A stretch of 64,000 nt of DNA from an uncultured Candidatus Saccharibacteria bacterium (GCA_964348935.1 CAYGEJ010000005.1:2845-66844), one strand, 5' to 3'. Numbered from the stretch's first letter, positions 18,397 to 27,603 are shown. The notes: a model not told the origin generated them from the sequence alone. Made by a program: numbers and translations.

Positions 18397-18484
18397 ACAG
18401 ATCTGTGCGGTGTTAAGCCTGTATCAAGACTCCTTGGCTCGCTTATCAGCTAAAGTTGGCAGACGCGTATACGTCGCTAATAAA
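18397..18484 (+). repeat. Conserved intergenic element, copy 1 (hairpin + GGTGTT..CCTGTAT..ACTCCTTGGCTCGCTT..TAAAGTTGGCAGAC-16nt-TAATAAA)
   Basis: About 70 % identical over ~75 nt to 53677..53767. Both copies begin with a different small hairpin and contain TTGGCA - 16 nt - TAATAA. Confidence 0.6.
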
Positions 18485-18493
18485 TTAAAAAAA

Positions 18494-18518
18494 CTCCCCT
18501 CGCTATTGGCAAGGGGAG
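18494..18518. terminator. Bidirectional terminator (ctcccct...aggggag) between mnmA and hppA
   Basis: 7-bp GC stem with A-run upstream and T-run downstream. Confidence 0.7.
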
Positions 18519-18537
18519 TTTTAAATTTACAGTTGTA

Positions 18538-20544
18538 TTATGGTTTTAAGAATCTAACCAGTAATAATGCAACAATGTTGATAATTTTGATCATTGGGTT
18601 AATAGCAGGACCCGCAGTGTCTTTGTAAGGGTCGCCCACAGTGTCACCGGTAACAGCAGCTTTATGTGCTTCGCTTCCCTTGCCACCAAATTCACCTTCT
18701 TCAATGTATTTTTTAGCATTATCCCAAGCGGCGCCACCAGTGGTCATAGAAATCCCCACAAACAAACCGGTAACAATTGTGCCTACGAGCAAGCCACCCA
18801 AAGCAGCTGCTCCAAGGAAGAGTCCAACTAAGATAGGAACCACTACCGGGATTAAAGCAGGGATAATCATTTCTTTTATTGCAGCTTTGGTAACAATATC
18901 CACAGCTCTGGAATAATCAGGCTTAGCTGTTCCTTCCATAATTCCTTTAATTTCTCTAAATTGTCTACGGACTTCTTCCACAACCGCTTTGGCTGCGTTA
19001 CCCACGGCAGACATAGCAATAGAAGCAAATAAATAAGGTAATAATCCACCAATTAACAAGCCTACAAGAACTTTACTATTAGAGAGGTCAAAGACAGTAG
19101 AAATGCCCACAGCATTCAATTCTTGAGTGTAGGCGGCAAATAAGACCATAGCTGCAAGTCCGGCACTAGCAATGGCATAACCTTTAGTTACAGCCTTGGT
19201 GGTATTACCAACAGCGTCTAGAGGGTCGGTGATGTCACGAACAGATTTGTCTAAGCCTGCCATTTCGGCAATTCCGCCAGCGTTGTCGGTTATTGGTCCA
19301 AATGCATCAATGGCTACCACTATTCCGGTTAGGCTAAGCATGGACATAACTGCAAGCGCAATTCCGTACAGACCGGCTAATTCGTAAGTTATTAATATAG
19401 ACGCAACAATTACAATAATAGGTGCAGCAGTCGATTGCATGCCAATTGCCAAGCCTTTAATAATGTTTGTCCCGTGTCCGGTTGTGGAAGCTTCGGCAAT
19501 TTGTCTGACTGGTGCAAAGCTTTTTGAAGTATAGTATTCAGTAATTAGGGTAATTAGGCCGGTTACAACTAAACCAATTAAGGCACAGTAGAAGAGGTTG
19601 GTGACGGAGTAGAGGGAATTGTCAGCCATTAACATTTTGGTAATTGGGTAAAATGCAATTGCAGAAAGGATTCCGCTAACCGCAAAACCTTTATACATAG
19701 CGCCCATAATATTTTGGGATTTACCAACTTTGACAAACCAAGTTCCAACAATCGTGGTAATAATAGACACTGCTCCAATTAACAGAGGGAAAACAATAGC
19801 GTTTGTACTACCTTTAAATACGAAGTCCCCAAGTAAAATAACGGCAATAGCAGATACAACGTAGGTTTCAAACAAATCTGCAGCCATACCTGCGCAGTCG
19901 CCAACGTTATCGCCAACGTTATCGGCAATAACTCCTGGGTTTCTTGGATCATCTTCAGGGATTCCAGCTTCTACTTTGCCAACCATATCTGTTCCTACGT
20001 CCGCACCTTTGGTAAAAATACCACCGCCAAGTCTTGCAAAAACAGAAATTAAACTTGACCCAAATGCTAGACCAGCCAAGGCAACTAAGTCTTTGGTGAT
20101 CATATAAAAAACAGTAACCGATAAGAGTCCTAGTCCAACTACAAACAAACCAGTCACGGTACCACCTTCAAATGCTAAAGCGAGTGCAGGTGCTAGTCCT
20201 TTTTTTGCAGCTTCTGCAGTTCTAACATTGGCGCGTACTGAAATATTCATTCCAATAAAACCCGCCACAGCAGACATAACTGCACCTAGAATAAAACCTA
20301 GGATGGTGTTTGTGGAAAAATTGGCAATCCACATTAATACTACAATCACAACTGCGACAATACCCACTGTATTGTATTGCCTGGAAAGGTAAGCCTTGGC
20401 TCCATCTTGAATGGCTTTGGCAATTTCCAGCATTTTACCACTGCCCTGAGGTGCCTTTAAGATTTTATAAATAAGAAAAGCTCCATAAAGGAGTGCTATT
20501 ACGCCTGCTGAAACCGCATACCACAAGTATGTATTTTCGCTCAT
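18538..20544 (-). CDS. hppA: Membrane-bound H+-translocating pyrophosphatase, K+-independent subtype
   Basis: 668 aa, about 15 TM helices, signature [18 protein letters not shown]. The GNTTKA block has Lys, which is the K+-independent form; Ala would indicate K+-dependent. Confidence 0.9.
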   Translation of the reverse strand: MSENTYLWYAVSAGVIALLYGAFLIYKILKAPQGSGKMLEIAKAIQDGAKAYLSRQYNTVGIVAVVIVVLMWIANFSTNTILGFILGAVMSAVAGFIGMNISVRANVRTAEAAKKGLAPALALAFEGGTVTGLFVVGLGLLSVTVFYMITKDLVALAGLAFGSSLISVFARLGGGIFTKGADVGTDMVGKVEAGIPEDDPRNPGVIADNVGDNVGDCAGMAADLFETYVVSAIAVILLGDFVFKGSTNAIVFPLLIGAVSIITTIVGTWFVKVGKSQNIMGAMYKGFAVSGILSAIAFYPITKMLMADNSLYSVTNLFYCALIGLVVTGLITLITEYYTSKSFAPVRQIAEASTTGHGTNIIKGLAIGMQSTAAPIIVIVASILITYELAGLYGIALAVMSMLSLTGIVVAIDAFGPITDNAGGIAEMAGLDKSVRDITDPLDAVGNTTKAVTKGYAIASAGLAAMVLFAAYTQELNAVGISTVFDLSNSKVLVGLLIGGLLPYLFASIAMSAVGNAAKAVVEEVRRQFREIKGIMEGTAKPDYSRAVDIVTKAAIKEMIIPALIPVVVPILVGLFLGAAALGGLLVGTIVTGLFVGISMTTGGAAWDNAKKYIEEGEFGGKGSEAHKAAVTGDTVGDPYKDTAGPAINPMIKIINIVALLLVRFLKP

Positions 20545-20549
20545 AAGGG

Positions 20550-20810
20550 GTGGATAAATTTAATAATATTTGCTATGATTATAAAGAATTTTTTTATAAA
20601 AGTAAAGTATTAACTAAGCATATGATAAATATGGACAAGTTAGCCAGTACTAAGTATTATTCTTTAATCACAGGTATTATTTTGTTTTTATTTGGTTTTT
20701 TTGGGTTTGCTTTTAGAAATAATTTTCAGGTTTCAGGTAAATATTTGTTAATAAGTCTAGTTTTAGGTTTTTGGGGGATTGTAATAAGTGTTGGGAAGAA
20801 AGACGTCTAA
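20550..20810 (+). CDS. Small membrane protein (86 aa)
   Basis: Two TM helices; no motif. Confidence 0.4.
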   Translation: MDKFNNICYDYKEFFYKSKVLTKHMINMDKLASTKYYSLITGIILFLFGFFGFAFRNNFQVSGKYLLISLVLGFWGIVISVGKKDV

Positions 20811-20822
20811 GTTGTTAATTTT

Positions 20823-20857
20823 AAAAAACCGTTCCAATAAATTGGAACGGTTTTTTA
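20823..20857. terminator. Palindromic bidirectional terminator (ACCGTTCCAATAAATTGGAACGGT)
   Basis: Perfect 9-bp stem with flanking A and T runs. Sequence family shared with 8912-8946 and 31755-31788. Confidence 0.7.
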
Positions 20858-20866
20858 AAATTATAT

Positions 20867-21406
20867 TTATGGAAATGTAACGGAATGTACCAAAGCTTTA
20901 AAGTCAGCTTTTAGACTAACAGAGAGTCCAATATCAAAAGTGTAGAAGTTATTGTTGTATTTTATACCATAAAGCAGATTGCTGACATTCATTGCTTCCT
21001 GGCCAGCTATAGATTCGGTGGTAAATGGAAGCCCGGACATGACATAATAGTCTTTAGGGCTGACATAAATTTTAATATTATAATATTTTTTTCCCGGATC
21101 AATTTGTAAAATAGTGTAATCTTGTTTGACAGTAGGTGACAGTACTTTCCAATCCGGTTTATATTTAAAACTGAAATTTAGTTTCGAGTTAGTATATGTT
21201 TTCCATGTTGAAGTGTCAACAACTGGTTCCGGCGGAACATCTTCAATGGTTACTGTTTGGTCTGGTTGAGTTTGCGAATTGTTGGTGTTATAGGAATTAT
21301 TAGGAGTTTTGTTCTCGCCCCACATATTCAAAGAAAAAATAGTTCCAAATACAGCTATAAATAAAAGAATAATAAAACTTTTAGTTGGAGTGGATATTTT
21401 TTGCAT
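20867..21406 (-). CDS. Secreted hypothetical protein
   Basis: Signal peptide; N/T/Q-rich linker then a beta-rich domain. No motif. Confidence 0.45.
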   Translation of the reverse strand: MQKISTPTKSFIILLFIAVFGTIFSLNMWGENKTPNNSYNTNNSQTQPDQTVTIEDVPPEPVVDTSTWKTYTNSKLNFSFKYKPDWKVLSPTVKQDYTILQIDPGKKYYNIKIYVSPKDYYVMSGLPFTTESIAGQEAMNVSNLLYGIKYNNNFYTFDIGLSVSLKADFKALVHSVTFP

Positions 21407-21488
21407 TTTTGTTTCAAAGCAGAGTTTATATTTTCTGCATTATACAATTTGAATATTATTATGTCAAATTAGTAATCAACAGGCTCTA

Positions 21489-21674
21489 TTACTTACCGTC
21501 ATTAAAAAGCTTATCTAGACCAGCTTTATCACCACAATAATATAAGCTCGAAGTTAAATTCACACAATAGCCAGGATTTTTGCTGACAAAGGAATATTTT
21601 GGTAAAAACCAATATAAAAATATGACGACTAGTGCAACTATGCTGTAAAAGAAGATTTTGAGAAGTCGAAACAT
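21489..21674 (-). CDS. Small membrane protein (61 aa)
   Basis: Single TM helix; Cys-containing C-terminus. Confidence 0.35.
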   Translation of the reverse strand: MFRLLKIFFYSIVALVVIFLYWFLPKYSFVSKNPGYCVNLTSSLYYCGDKAGLDKLFNDGK

Positions 21675-21677
21675 TTT

Positions 21678-21932
21678 TTAGCCGTATTTTAGTTTGAGTA
21701 GTGTTATGGAGAAAGTAATTAAGAAAGTGATTAAATTAGCTAAATATAGGGGAGCGTCGTTGATTGTTATTCCATAAATTAGCCAGAGCAATACCCCAAT
21801 GTCAGTGATTATATATGTAGACAAAGAAAGATCTCGGGTTTCTTTGAGTTTGTAAATTCTAATAGCTTGGGGTAACTGGGCAATTGTCGTTAAGGTACCA
21901 GCGGTTAGTCCTATAGCAGAAATAAGCGTCAT
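21678..21932 (-). CDS. SemiSWEET-like (PQ-loop) 3-TM sugar transporter
   Basis: 84 aa, three TM helices, conserved PQ motif in TM1 (TIAQLPQAIRIYK). Confidence 0.5.
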   Translation of the reverse strand: MTLISAIGLTAGTLTTIAQLPQAIRIYKLKETRDLSLSTYIITDIGVLLWLIYGITINDAPLYLANLITFLITFSITLLKLKYG

Positions 21933-21981
21933 TTAAAATTATTTAAGTATATTTTTATAGTATCATACAAATTAAAATTAA

Positions 21982-21999
21982 AACACTCTCGTAAGAGTG
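21982..21999 (-). terminator. Terminator hairpin following tRNA-Gln(CUG)
   Basis: acactctcgtaagagtgt palindrome directly after the tRNA 3' end on the minus strand, then a T-run. Confidence 0.55.
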
Positions 22000-22002
22000 T
22001 CT

Positions 22003-22076
22003 TGGCTGCCCGGGAAGGATTCGAACCTTCGATGGAGGATTCAGAGTCCTCTGCCTTACCACTTGGCTACCGGGCA
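22003..22076 (-). tRNA. tRNA-Gln (anticodon CUG)
   Basis: Minus strand TGCCCGGTAGCCAAGTGGTAAGGCAGAGGACTCTGAATCCTCCATCGAAGGTTCGAATCCTTCCCGGGCAGCCA. U1-A72, G73, anticodon loop CTCTGAA. Confidence 0.85.
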
Positions 22077-22296
22077 ATAATATAATTTAAACTTCGCTTA
22101 GTGTACCATTTTATCTGGGTTATTTCAAGTAATAATACTGTTAATACTGTGAAGCTAATTGATAATCTGACGGCAAAGTCGCCGTTATTTTATTAGAGCG
22201 AGAGGTTATTTAAATTGGAATTTCCTTGAGGGATATAAGGTAAATTTTAGGGTTTAAGAAAAAATTTTATTATTGATAAATAATTGCTCAGTTTAC

Positions 22297-22324
22297 TTGT
22301 CAAGAATATGCACCAACCTATAAT
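22297..22324 (+). promoter_or_regulatory. Sigma70-type promoter TTGTCA - 16 nt - TATAAT
   Basis: Near-consensus hexamers about 70 nt upstream of the 22397 ATG. Confidence 0.45.
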
Positions 22325-22396
22325 TAAATAGGAAGAATAATATTGTTTTGCAATCTTAATTTAATGTTTGTAAAAATTATAAACCAAAGAGTAAAT

Positions 22397-22711
22397 ATGG
22401 AAATTTTTATCGTGGTAATTTACGGCGTTCTGGTGGGATTTGTAGCCTCAAAAATGTTTGGCTCCGGCTTTGGTATATGGTGGGATATTTATTTGGGTGC
22501 CTTGGGCTCTATACTTGCCAATTGTTTAGTAATTTGGAGTTATTTTATGGGTGTACTGCCGGTAATGAATGTTGTAGGTTTGAATGTAATAAGCGTAAGC
22601 GAGGATATTATTGGTGCCGTGGCGCTAATTTATACTGAACAAGGTTATAACAAAATTAATTTTGTTATAAAGGAAAGGTATAGAAATAGATATCGATATA
22701 TTAAAGTGTGA
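22397..22711 (+). CDS. GlsB/YeaQ/YmgE-like transglycosylase-associated small membrane protein
   Basis: Gly-rich TM helices (GVLVGFVASKMFGSGFGIWWDIYLGALGSILANCLV) typical of this family. Start set at the internal ATG. Confidence 0.45.
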   Translation: MEIFIVVIYGVLVGFVASKMFGSGFGIWWDIYLGALGSILANCLVIWSYFMGVLPVMNVVGLNVISVSEDIIGAVALIYTEQGYNKINFVIKERYRNRYRYIKV

Positions 22712-22757
22712 GTTTTAAATTAAAAATTAAGCCAGGAGACTGGCAGAAAGGAATTAT

Positions 22758-22856
22758 ATGACTGATGATACAAGGCCAATTGCAGGTACAGGTTCTGCAA
22801 ACGAAGATGTTGAAATTAAAGAAGAAGACGATAAAATTCATGAGGAAGATAAATAA
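22758..22856 (+). CDS. Putative 32-aa highly acidic micro-protein (MTDDTRPIAGTGSANEDVEIKEEDDKIHEEDK)
   Basis: Not in the ORF track (below 60 aa). GGAGA/AAGGA upstream, and a perfect palindromic terminator at 22862-22887 directly after the stop. Confidence 0.3.
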   Translation: MTDDTRPIAGTGSANEDVEIKEEDDKIHEEDK

Positions 22857-22957
22857 TAATTAAACCCTCGTTTATAAACGAGGGTTTAATGTAGTTTTAT
22901 ATTTCATAAAAATATGATAAAATATAAAGTATATTGATAGCAGAGAAATGCAAATTT

Positions 22958-23701
22958 ATGCATATTCAAAGCGTTTTACAGCAATTGGGCTATCCGATGA
23001 ACCAGGTAAAAATATACTTGGTATCTTTAAAAATGGGTGAGGCTAAGATTGCAGATATTGCCGTGCAAGTGGCAATGCCAAGAAGTACTGTGGCAGAGGT
23101 AGTTGAAGAAATGCACAAGCAAGGTTTAATAAACTATTACAATAAAAAAGGGCGTAAGTACTGGATGGCGGAAAATCCTGAAAAACTTATGGCTATGTTA
23201 AAGTTAAAAGAGGCGTCTTTTAGAACCATACTTCCTCAGTTGTTGGCAATGCGCAATAATAGCGGAGAGGGGAAACCGATTGTCCAAGTATATACAGGGA
23301 TAGACGGCATTAAATTAATTCTGGAAGATATGCTGGATGTTAAACATAGTATTTTGTCTTTGGTTTCGGAGGATGATTTTTGGGAGGCAATGGGTGTCGG
23401 ATATATGGACGAGTTTATTGAAAGACGTAAAGAGAGATTTTTGCCAATTAAATTTATTGTTCCCTTTTCAGCCAGAGCTTTAAAGTTGAAATTGTCGGAC
23501 TCAGATGATTTAAGAAAGACTAGATTTTTACCGAGGCATATAGAATTAAAAGAATTTTCTAACTATATATATGGAAATAAAGTGGCGGTTATTTCTTTGA
23601 ATCATAAAGAACCTACGGGAATTATTATTGAGGATCCCAATGTATCTATGGCAATGACTGTATATTTTGAGAGTTTATGGCATCACTCCACTGAGAAATA
23701 A
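22958..23701 (+). CDS. TrmB-like HTH transcriptional regulator
   Basis: N-terminal wHTH (KIADIAVQVAMPRSTVAEVVEEMHKQGLI) plus a C-terminal effector domain; TrmB architecture. Confidence 0.55.
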   Translation: MHIQSVLQQLGYPMNQVKIYLVSLKMGEAKIADIAVQVAMPRSTVAEVVEEMHKQGLINYYNKKGRKYWMAENPEKLMAMLKLKEASFRTILPQLLAMRNNSGEGKPIVQVYTGIDGIKLILEDMLDVKHSILSLVSEDDFWEAMGVGYMDEFIERRKERFLPIKFIVPFSARALKLKLSDSDDLRKTRFLPRHIELKEFSNYIYGNKVAVISLNHKEPTGIIIEDPNVSMAMTVYFESLWHHSTEK

Positions 23702-23713
23702 ATTTTATGTTAT

Positions 23714-23740
23714 AACGGCGAAACCGCCGTTATTTTTTTT
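23714..23740 (+). terminator. Intrinsic terminator (aacggcgaaaccgccgtt + T8)
   Basis: Perfect stem then ttatttttttt. Confidence 0.7.
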
Positions 23741-23949
23741 GTTTAATAATGGATAAACTATACTTTTTATTAAGGTTTACTACACAGAATATCCAAAATT
23801 AAAAAACATGTACAAAAAGCTTGGCAGATATAATTTTAGGTTCATAATTAAAATATAGGAGGAAGTACAATAATTTGTTGTGCAAATGCAAACTACTAGC
23901 TCTGGTTTATGAGGAGGTGAGCTCGTAGTTTGCAGGAAGTTTGGTAAGG

Positions 23950-24477
23950 ATGGAGAAATTTATGCGAAATATGTTTAAAAAACCGCATAATATTATGCTG
24001 TATAAGGAAAGGACTGAATTTGAAGAATTTGGTCATGCCAAAAAGAATTACAGATTATGTACTAAATGTAAGGCGGTTTATTTTAACAAGTCTTGGCACC
24101 ATTTAAAGCAGTTACAGGGCAACATAACCAAAAAGGGTGGAGTAATAACTGCGGTACTTTGTCCGGCTTGCCAAATGATTAAAGATAATCAGCATGAAGG
24201 TTTTATTTTAATAGAAAATATTCCGGCAAAATATGAAAAAGAACTCGAAAGGCTGATTGATTCATATACTAAAAGAGCTTACGAAGCTGATTGTCAGCAT
24301 AGGTTAATAAAAATTAACAAGTACATAAAAACGGAGTGGGTGGTAACCACAACAGAAAATCAACTTGCCAGTAAATTGGCTCATAAAATTCGCGAGGTTT
24401 TTGGAAAAGTTAAAGTTAAAACAGTTTATGCCAAAGCACCGGACGACGTGGTGCGGGTGAAAATCAATTTTGATTAA
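23950..24477 (+). CDS. Zinc-ribbon protein (CxxC...CxxC), possibly NMD3-like
   Basis: CTKC...CPAC pairs 35 residues apart at the N-terminus, then a basic alpha/beta domain. The NMD3-like label is a tentative recollection. Confidence 0.35.
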   Translation: MEKFMRNMFKKPHNIMLYKERTEFEEFGHAKKNYRLCTKCKAVYFNKSWHHLKQLQGNITKKGGVITAVLCPACQMIKDNQHEGFILIENIPAKYEKELERLIDSYTKRAYEADCQHRLIKINKYIKTEWVVTTTENQLASKLAHKIREVFGKVKVKTVYAKAPDDVVRVKINFD

Positions 24478-24518
24478 GAACAGGCTATTATTAATAGTTT
24501 CGAGGGAGGTGATGATAT

Positions 24519-24932
24519 ATGCAACTAGATATTATTCCAAGATCATTTTGGAATCTTCCTTCAAGAATGTCCAATTTTTTTGATGATGAAAGTGATTGGA
24601 AGTCATTTTTACCTTCATCTGGATTAACAATTTCTGAAGATGATACCAGTGTATTTGTGGAAACAGCAGTGCCGGGTGTTGACCCTGAAAAAATAGAAGT
24701 GACTTTTGATAAAGGTATTCTTTGGGTTCGGGGAGAAGCAGAGGAAGTCGAAGAAGATAAAATGAAAAAATTTTATCGTAAAGCCAGTAGGTCGTTTTCT
24801 TACCGAGTGGCGGTTCCGGGAGTGGTAAATGAGCAAGTAGAGCCGGTGGTTACAAGTAAAAATGGAATTTTAACGGTGGTCTTTGCCAAAATGCCGGAAT
24901 CTGAGCCGAAGAAATTAAAAGTTCATACATAA
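24519..24932 (+). CDS. Hsp20/alpha-crystallin family small heat-shock protein
   Basis: Alpha-crystallin domain blocks (ISEDDTSVFVETAVPGVDPEKIEVTFDKGILWVRGE...FSYRVAVPG). Confidence 0.8.
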   Translation: MQLDIIPRSFWNLPSRMSNFFDDESDWKSFLPSSGLTISEDDTSVFVETAVPGVDPEKIEVTFDKGILWVRGEAEEVEEDKMKKFYRKASRSFSYRVAVPGVVNEQVEPVVTSKNGILTVVFAKMPESEPKKLKVHT

Positions 24933-24941
24933 TTATGAAAA

Positions 24942-24957
24942 ATGCTACGCTCTTAAA
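24942..24957. repeat. Left arm of perfect 16-bp inverted repeat (ATGCTACGCTCTTAAA)
   Basis: The exact reverse complement occurs at 25392..25407. The pair brackets the 25003..25380 gene and its RBS. Confidence 0.7.
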
Positions 24958-25002
24958 AATATAAGGTCGAAAATATTAATTTAACAAAAGGAGAAATGTT
25001 AT

Positions 25003-25380
25003 ATGAACAATTATTCTTGGACAAAAGCTATAGTGTTTGGTATTGGTATTTGGCTGTCTCTGTTTATTGTTGCTACTATTTTAGTTGGCGGTATTGGCTT
25101 GGTTATGAGTCAAACAATGTGGTATTCTTTGGCGATTTTAGCCGGAATTGTGTCTTATATCTTTGCTTTTGGAACGGAATCGGCAACAGACGGACAAGCC
25201 TTGGCTTATGGTGCGGTATGGGTGGCAATCGGGATTATTCTAGACGCAATTATTACTGTAAGATTTCAAGCTGAGATATTTGGCGTGTGGCAATATTATG
25301 CGGGGTATGCTTTGGTTTTGTTGGCACCATGGTTTGAGTATGAATTTCAGGGGAGTGGAGCACATCCAAAAGCGGTTTAA
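25003..25380 (+). CDS. Hypothetical 4-TM membrane protein with strong RBS, enclosed by inverted repeats
   Basis: AAAGGAGAAATG RBS, unusual for this genome; 125 aa hydrophobic protein. Confidence 0.55.
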   Translation: MNNYSWTKAIVFGIGIWLSLFIVATILVGGIGLVMSQTMWYSLAILAGIVSYIFAFGTESATDGQALAYGAVWVAIGIILDAIITVRFQAEIFGVWQYYAGYALVLLAPWFEYEFQGSGAHPKAV

Positions 25381-25391
25381 ATGGAATTGTA

Positions 25392-25407
25392 TTTAAGAGC
25401 GTAGCAT
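25392..25407. repeat. Right arm of perfect 16-bp inverted repeat (TTTAAGAGCGTAGCAT)
   Basis: Reverse complement of 24942..24957. Confidence 0.7.
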
Positions 25408-25436
25408 GAGTCTGATTATAAATTCCTAGTTGAAAG

Positions 25437-25838
25437 GTGGTGAGTTTCGTGACTAATTTAGTAAATGAAAATAAAATTCCGCATTATTATGGAGATATTG
25501 TTAGGATTTTATTTTTAATCTCCGCATTAATAATGGTAGTTGGTTTGCCACAGGTTGAAAGCTATATTGGTGTGCCTACCATATTTTCGGTATTTGCTAT
25601 TCTAGTATTAGGTTTGGTTGCAGGTTTTACTAATCCTAAACAAATTTGGGATGCGGGGGTAAATGCGGTAATTTCGTTGGTTGGTTTTTTGGTTTTTGAA
25701 AGTTATGCTGTTTGGTCGTATCAAAAATATTCCGCAACCAATAAATTCTTTATTGCTAATTTGGCTTTAGGGTTTATATTCTTATTTGCTATTTATTTTA
25801 GTGTAAAAACTTTTAGAGGTTTGTGGTTAAATAAGTAA
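25437..25838 (+). CDS. Hypothetical 4-TM membrane protein
   Basis: 133 aa, hydrophobic; no motif. Confidence 0.45.
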   Translation: MVSFVTNLVNENKIPHYYGDIVRILFLISALIMVVGLPQVESYIGVPTIFSVFAILVLGLVAGFTNPKQIWDAGVNAVISLVGFLVFESYAVWSYQKYSATNKFFIANLALGFIFLFAIYFSVKTFRGLWLNK

Positions 25839-25847
25839 TATACATAT

Positions 25848-26021
25848 ATGGAAAAAATTAAAATTGAACAACATAGTTTTTCAGGAGTTATATGGTTTGT
25901 CGGGTGGTTGTTTACTATTGGGTTTTTGCATTTAACTTTTTGGAAAGGAGTGCTGGCCTTAATTATTTGGCCTTATTATTTGGGAGTATTATTTAGTCCT
26001 TTAATAAAAACCATTAATTAA
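25848..26021 (+). CDS. Small membrane protein (57 aa), not in ORF track
   Basis: ATG..TAA frame MEKIKIEQHSFSGVIWFVGWLFTIGFLHLTFWKGVLALIIWPYYLGVLFSPLIKTIN with two TM helices. It fills the gap between neighbouring genes. Confidence 0.4.
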   Translation: MEKIKIEQHSFSGVIWFVGWLFTIGFLHLTFWKGVLALIIWPYYLGVLFSPLIKTIN

Positions 26022-26026
26022 CTTTT

Positions 26027-26464
26027 ATGCTTGCACAAACGTATTTTAAAACTGCATTAGTTTTAACCTTTATGGGAGTTTTATTTGCCGGTTACTTAAG
26101 TGCTCAAAAATTAATTACCAACCAATGTGCGTTTAACGAGTCTTGTCCTTATTTTTTAGGTTTTCCAGCCTGTTATTACGGATTTGGAATATTCTTACTA
26201 ATGTTTATTATTTCAGTCATGGCTTTGTTACAAATAGAAAAAGCGGGAATTTACAAAAGTATTATTTTGGTGGTTTCCCTGTTTGGACTGATTTTTGCCG
26301 GACAGTGGGCCTTGCCGGAATTGCAGGTATTATTAACTTCTAGTCAAAAGGTAAGTTACGTTCTTGGTCTGTCAAGTTGTGTTTACGGTTTTTTCTTTTA
26401 TTTAGTCATACTTATTCTGTCTGTGTTTAATTTAACAGATGAAAATTTGTTAAATAAATATTAA
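26027..26464 (+). CDS. Hypothetical 4-TM membrane protein with conserved Cys pairs
   Basis: NQCAFNESCPYFLGFPACYYG loop Cys residues. No CxxC, so a DsbB/VKOR call is not supported. Confidence 0.4.
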   Translation: MLAQTYFKTALVLTFMGVLFAGYLSAQKLITNQCAFNESCPYFLGFPACYYGFGIFLLMFIISVMALLQIEKAGIYKSIILVVSLFGLIFAGQWALPELQVLLTSSQKVSYVLGLSSCVYGFFFYLVILILSVFNLTDENLLNKY

Positions 26465-26470
26465 AATTTT

Positions 26471-26950
26471 ATGGATATAAATAAATATAAATTAACTAGC
26501 CCTGTGTTATTGTGGTTATTGGTGGCTATTGGCGGTTTTGTATTTTGGAAATTAATTCCGGATGGTATTTTTTTTGATTCAGGAATGATTGGGGCACTGG
26601 TTCTGGTATTGGGCATAGGGAATTGGTTCTATGTGTATTTTTCTACCTTTCGTTATCATAAAAAAATGTTTTTGAGTGTAAATAGAATAGACAGTGTAGT
26701 CACTGAAGGATTGTATGCGGTTGTGAGACATCCTTTATATATCGCAGATGTTATTTTGGGTTTGAGCATTTTTATTTATTCTCCGACGTATCAAATATTG
26801 GCAGTGGTGTTATGGGCGAGTTTGGTGTTGTGGTTTTGGGCGGGGTTGGAGGAGCGAATGCTGGAGGAAAAATTTATGGAAGATTATAAAGCATATCAAA
26901 CTAGAGTACCAATGCTTATACCTAAAATGGAGATAGTTATGAAGAATTAA
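26471..26950 (+). CDS. Isoprenylcysteine carboxyl methyltransferase (ICMT)/phospholipid methyltransferase family membrane protein
   Basis: C-terminal EGLYAVVRHPLYIADVILGL...EE...L block typical of the ICMT/PEMT family. Confidence 0.65.
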   Translation: MDINKYKLTSPVLLWLLVAIGGFVFWKLIPDGIFFDSGMIGALVLVLGIGNWFYVYFSTFRYHKKMFLSVNRIDSVVTEGLYAVVRHPLYIADVILGLSIFIYSPTYQILAVVLWASLVLWFWAGLEERMLEEKFMEDYKAYQTRVPMLIPKMEIVMKN

Positions 26951-26970
26951 AGATAAAATAATGAAATTTT

Positions 26971-27603
26971 ATGCACTTTAAAGACCGAAAACATGCGGGA
27001 AAGCAAGTTGCTATTGCACTTAAAGCGTATAAAGGAAAAGATGTTACGGTTTACGCATTGCCAAGAGGTGGAGTAGTGTTGGGTTATGACGTTGCAAAAT
27101 ATCTGGGTAGTAAATTAGCTTTATTAATTACCAGGAAAATTGGGCACCCCTATAATAATGAGTGTGCAATTGCTTCTGTTACACAAAGCGGTGATCTTGT
27201 TAAAAATTATATTGAATGCGGGATTGTTGACCCAAAATGGATAGCTCGGGCGGTGGAAAAGGAACTGGTTGAAGTTAAAAGGCGGAGTAAGATTTATTTA
27301 AAAAACAGGGTAAGTATAAACCCAAAAGGGAAAATATGTATTATTGTTGATGACGGAATGGCAACTGGTCTAACTATGGAATCTGCTATTATAGAGCTTA
27401 GAAAAAAGAAACCAAAAAAAATTATTGTAGCTGTGCCCGTGGCTTCTGCAGAGTCGGTAAGTGCAGTGAGTAAAATGGTGGACGATGTTGTGGTTTTGTA
27501 TGTTCCGGCTGGTTATTTTAGTTCAATAAGTACATATTATAGAGATTTTAACCAACTAACTGACGAAGATGTTATAATGTATTTAAATAAAATAAATAGT
27601 TAA
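26971..27603 (+). CDS. Phosphoribosyltransferase-fold protein
   Basis: PRPP-binding loop ICIIVDDGMATGLTM; 210 aa. Confidence 0.6.
   Translation: MHFKDRKHAGKQVAIALKAYKGKDVTVYALPRGGVVLGYDVAKYLGSKLALLITRKIGHPYNNECAIASVTQSGDLVKNYIECGIVDPKWIARAVEKELVEVKRRSKIYLKNRVSINPKGKICIIVDDGMATGLTMESAIIELRKKKPKKIIVAVPVASAESVSAVSKMVDDVVVLYVPAGYFSSISTYYRDFNQLTDEDVIMYLNKINS

Noticed and set aside
18440-18480. Sigma-54 promoter interpretation of TTGGC...TTGC in the conserved element
   Set aside because: GG-to-GC spacing is about 8 nt instead of the required 10-11, and no TTGCW -12 box is present. A sigma70-like TTGGCA-16-TAATAA fits better.
18410-18628. 72-aa plus-strand ORF spanning the mnmA-hppA intergenic region
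   Set aside because: It overlaps the conserved intergenic element, a bidirectional terminator and the 3' end of hppA, and has no start context. It is a by-product of the open frame.
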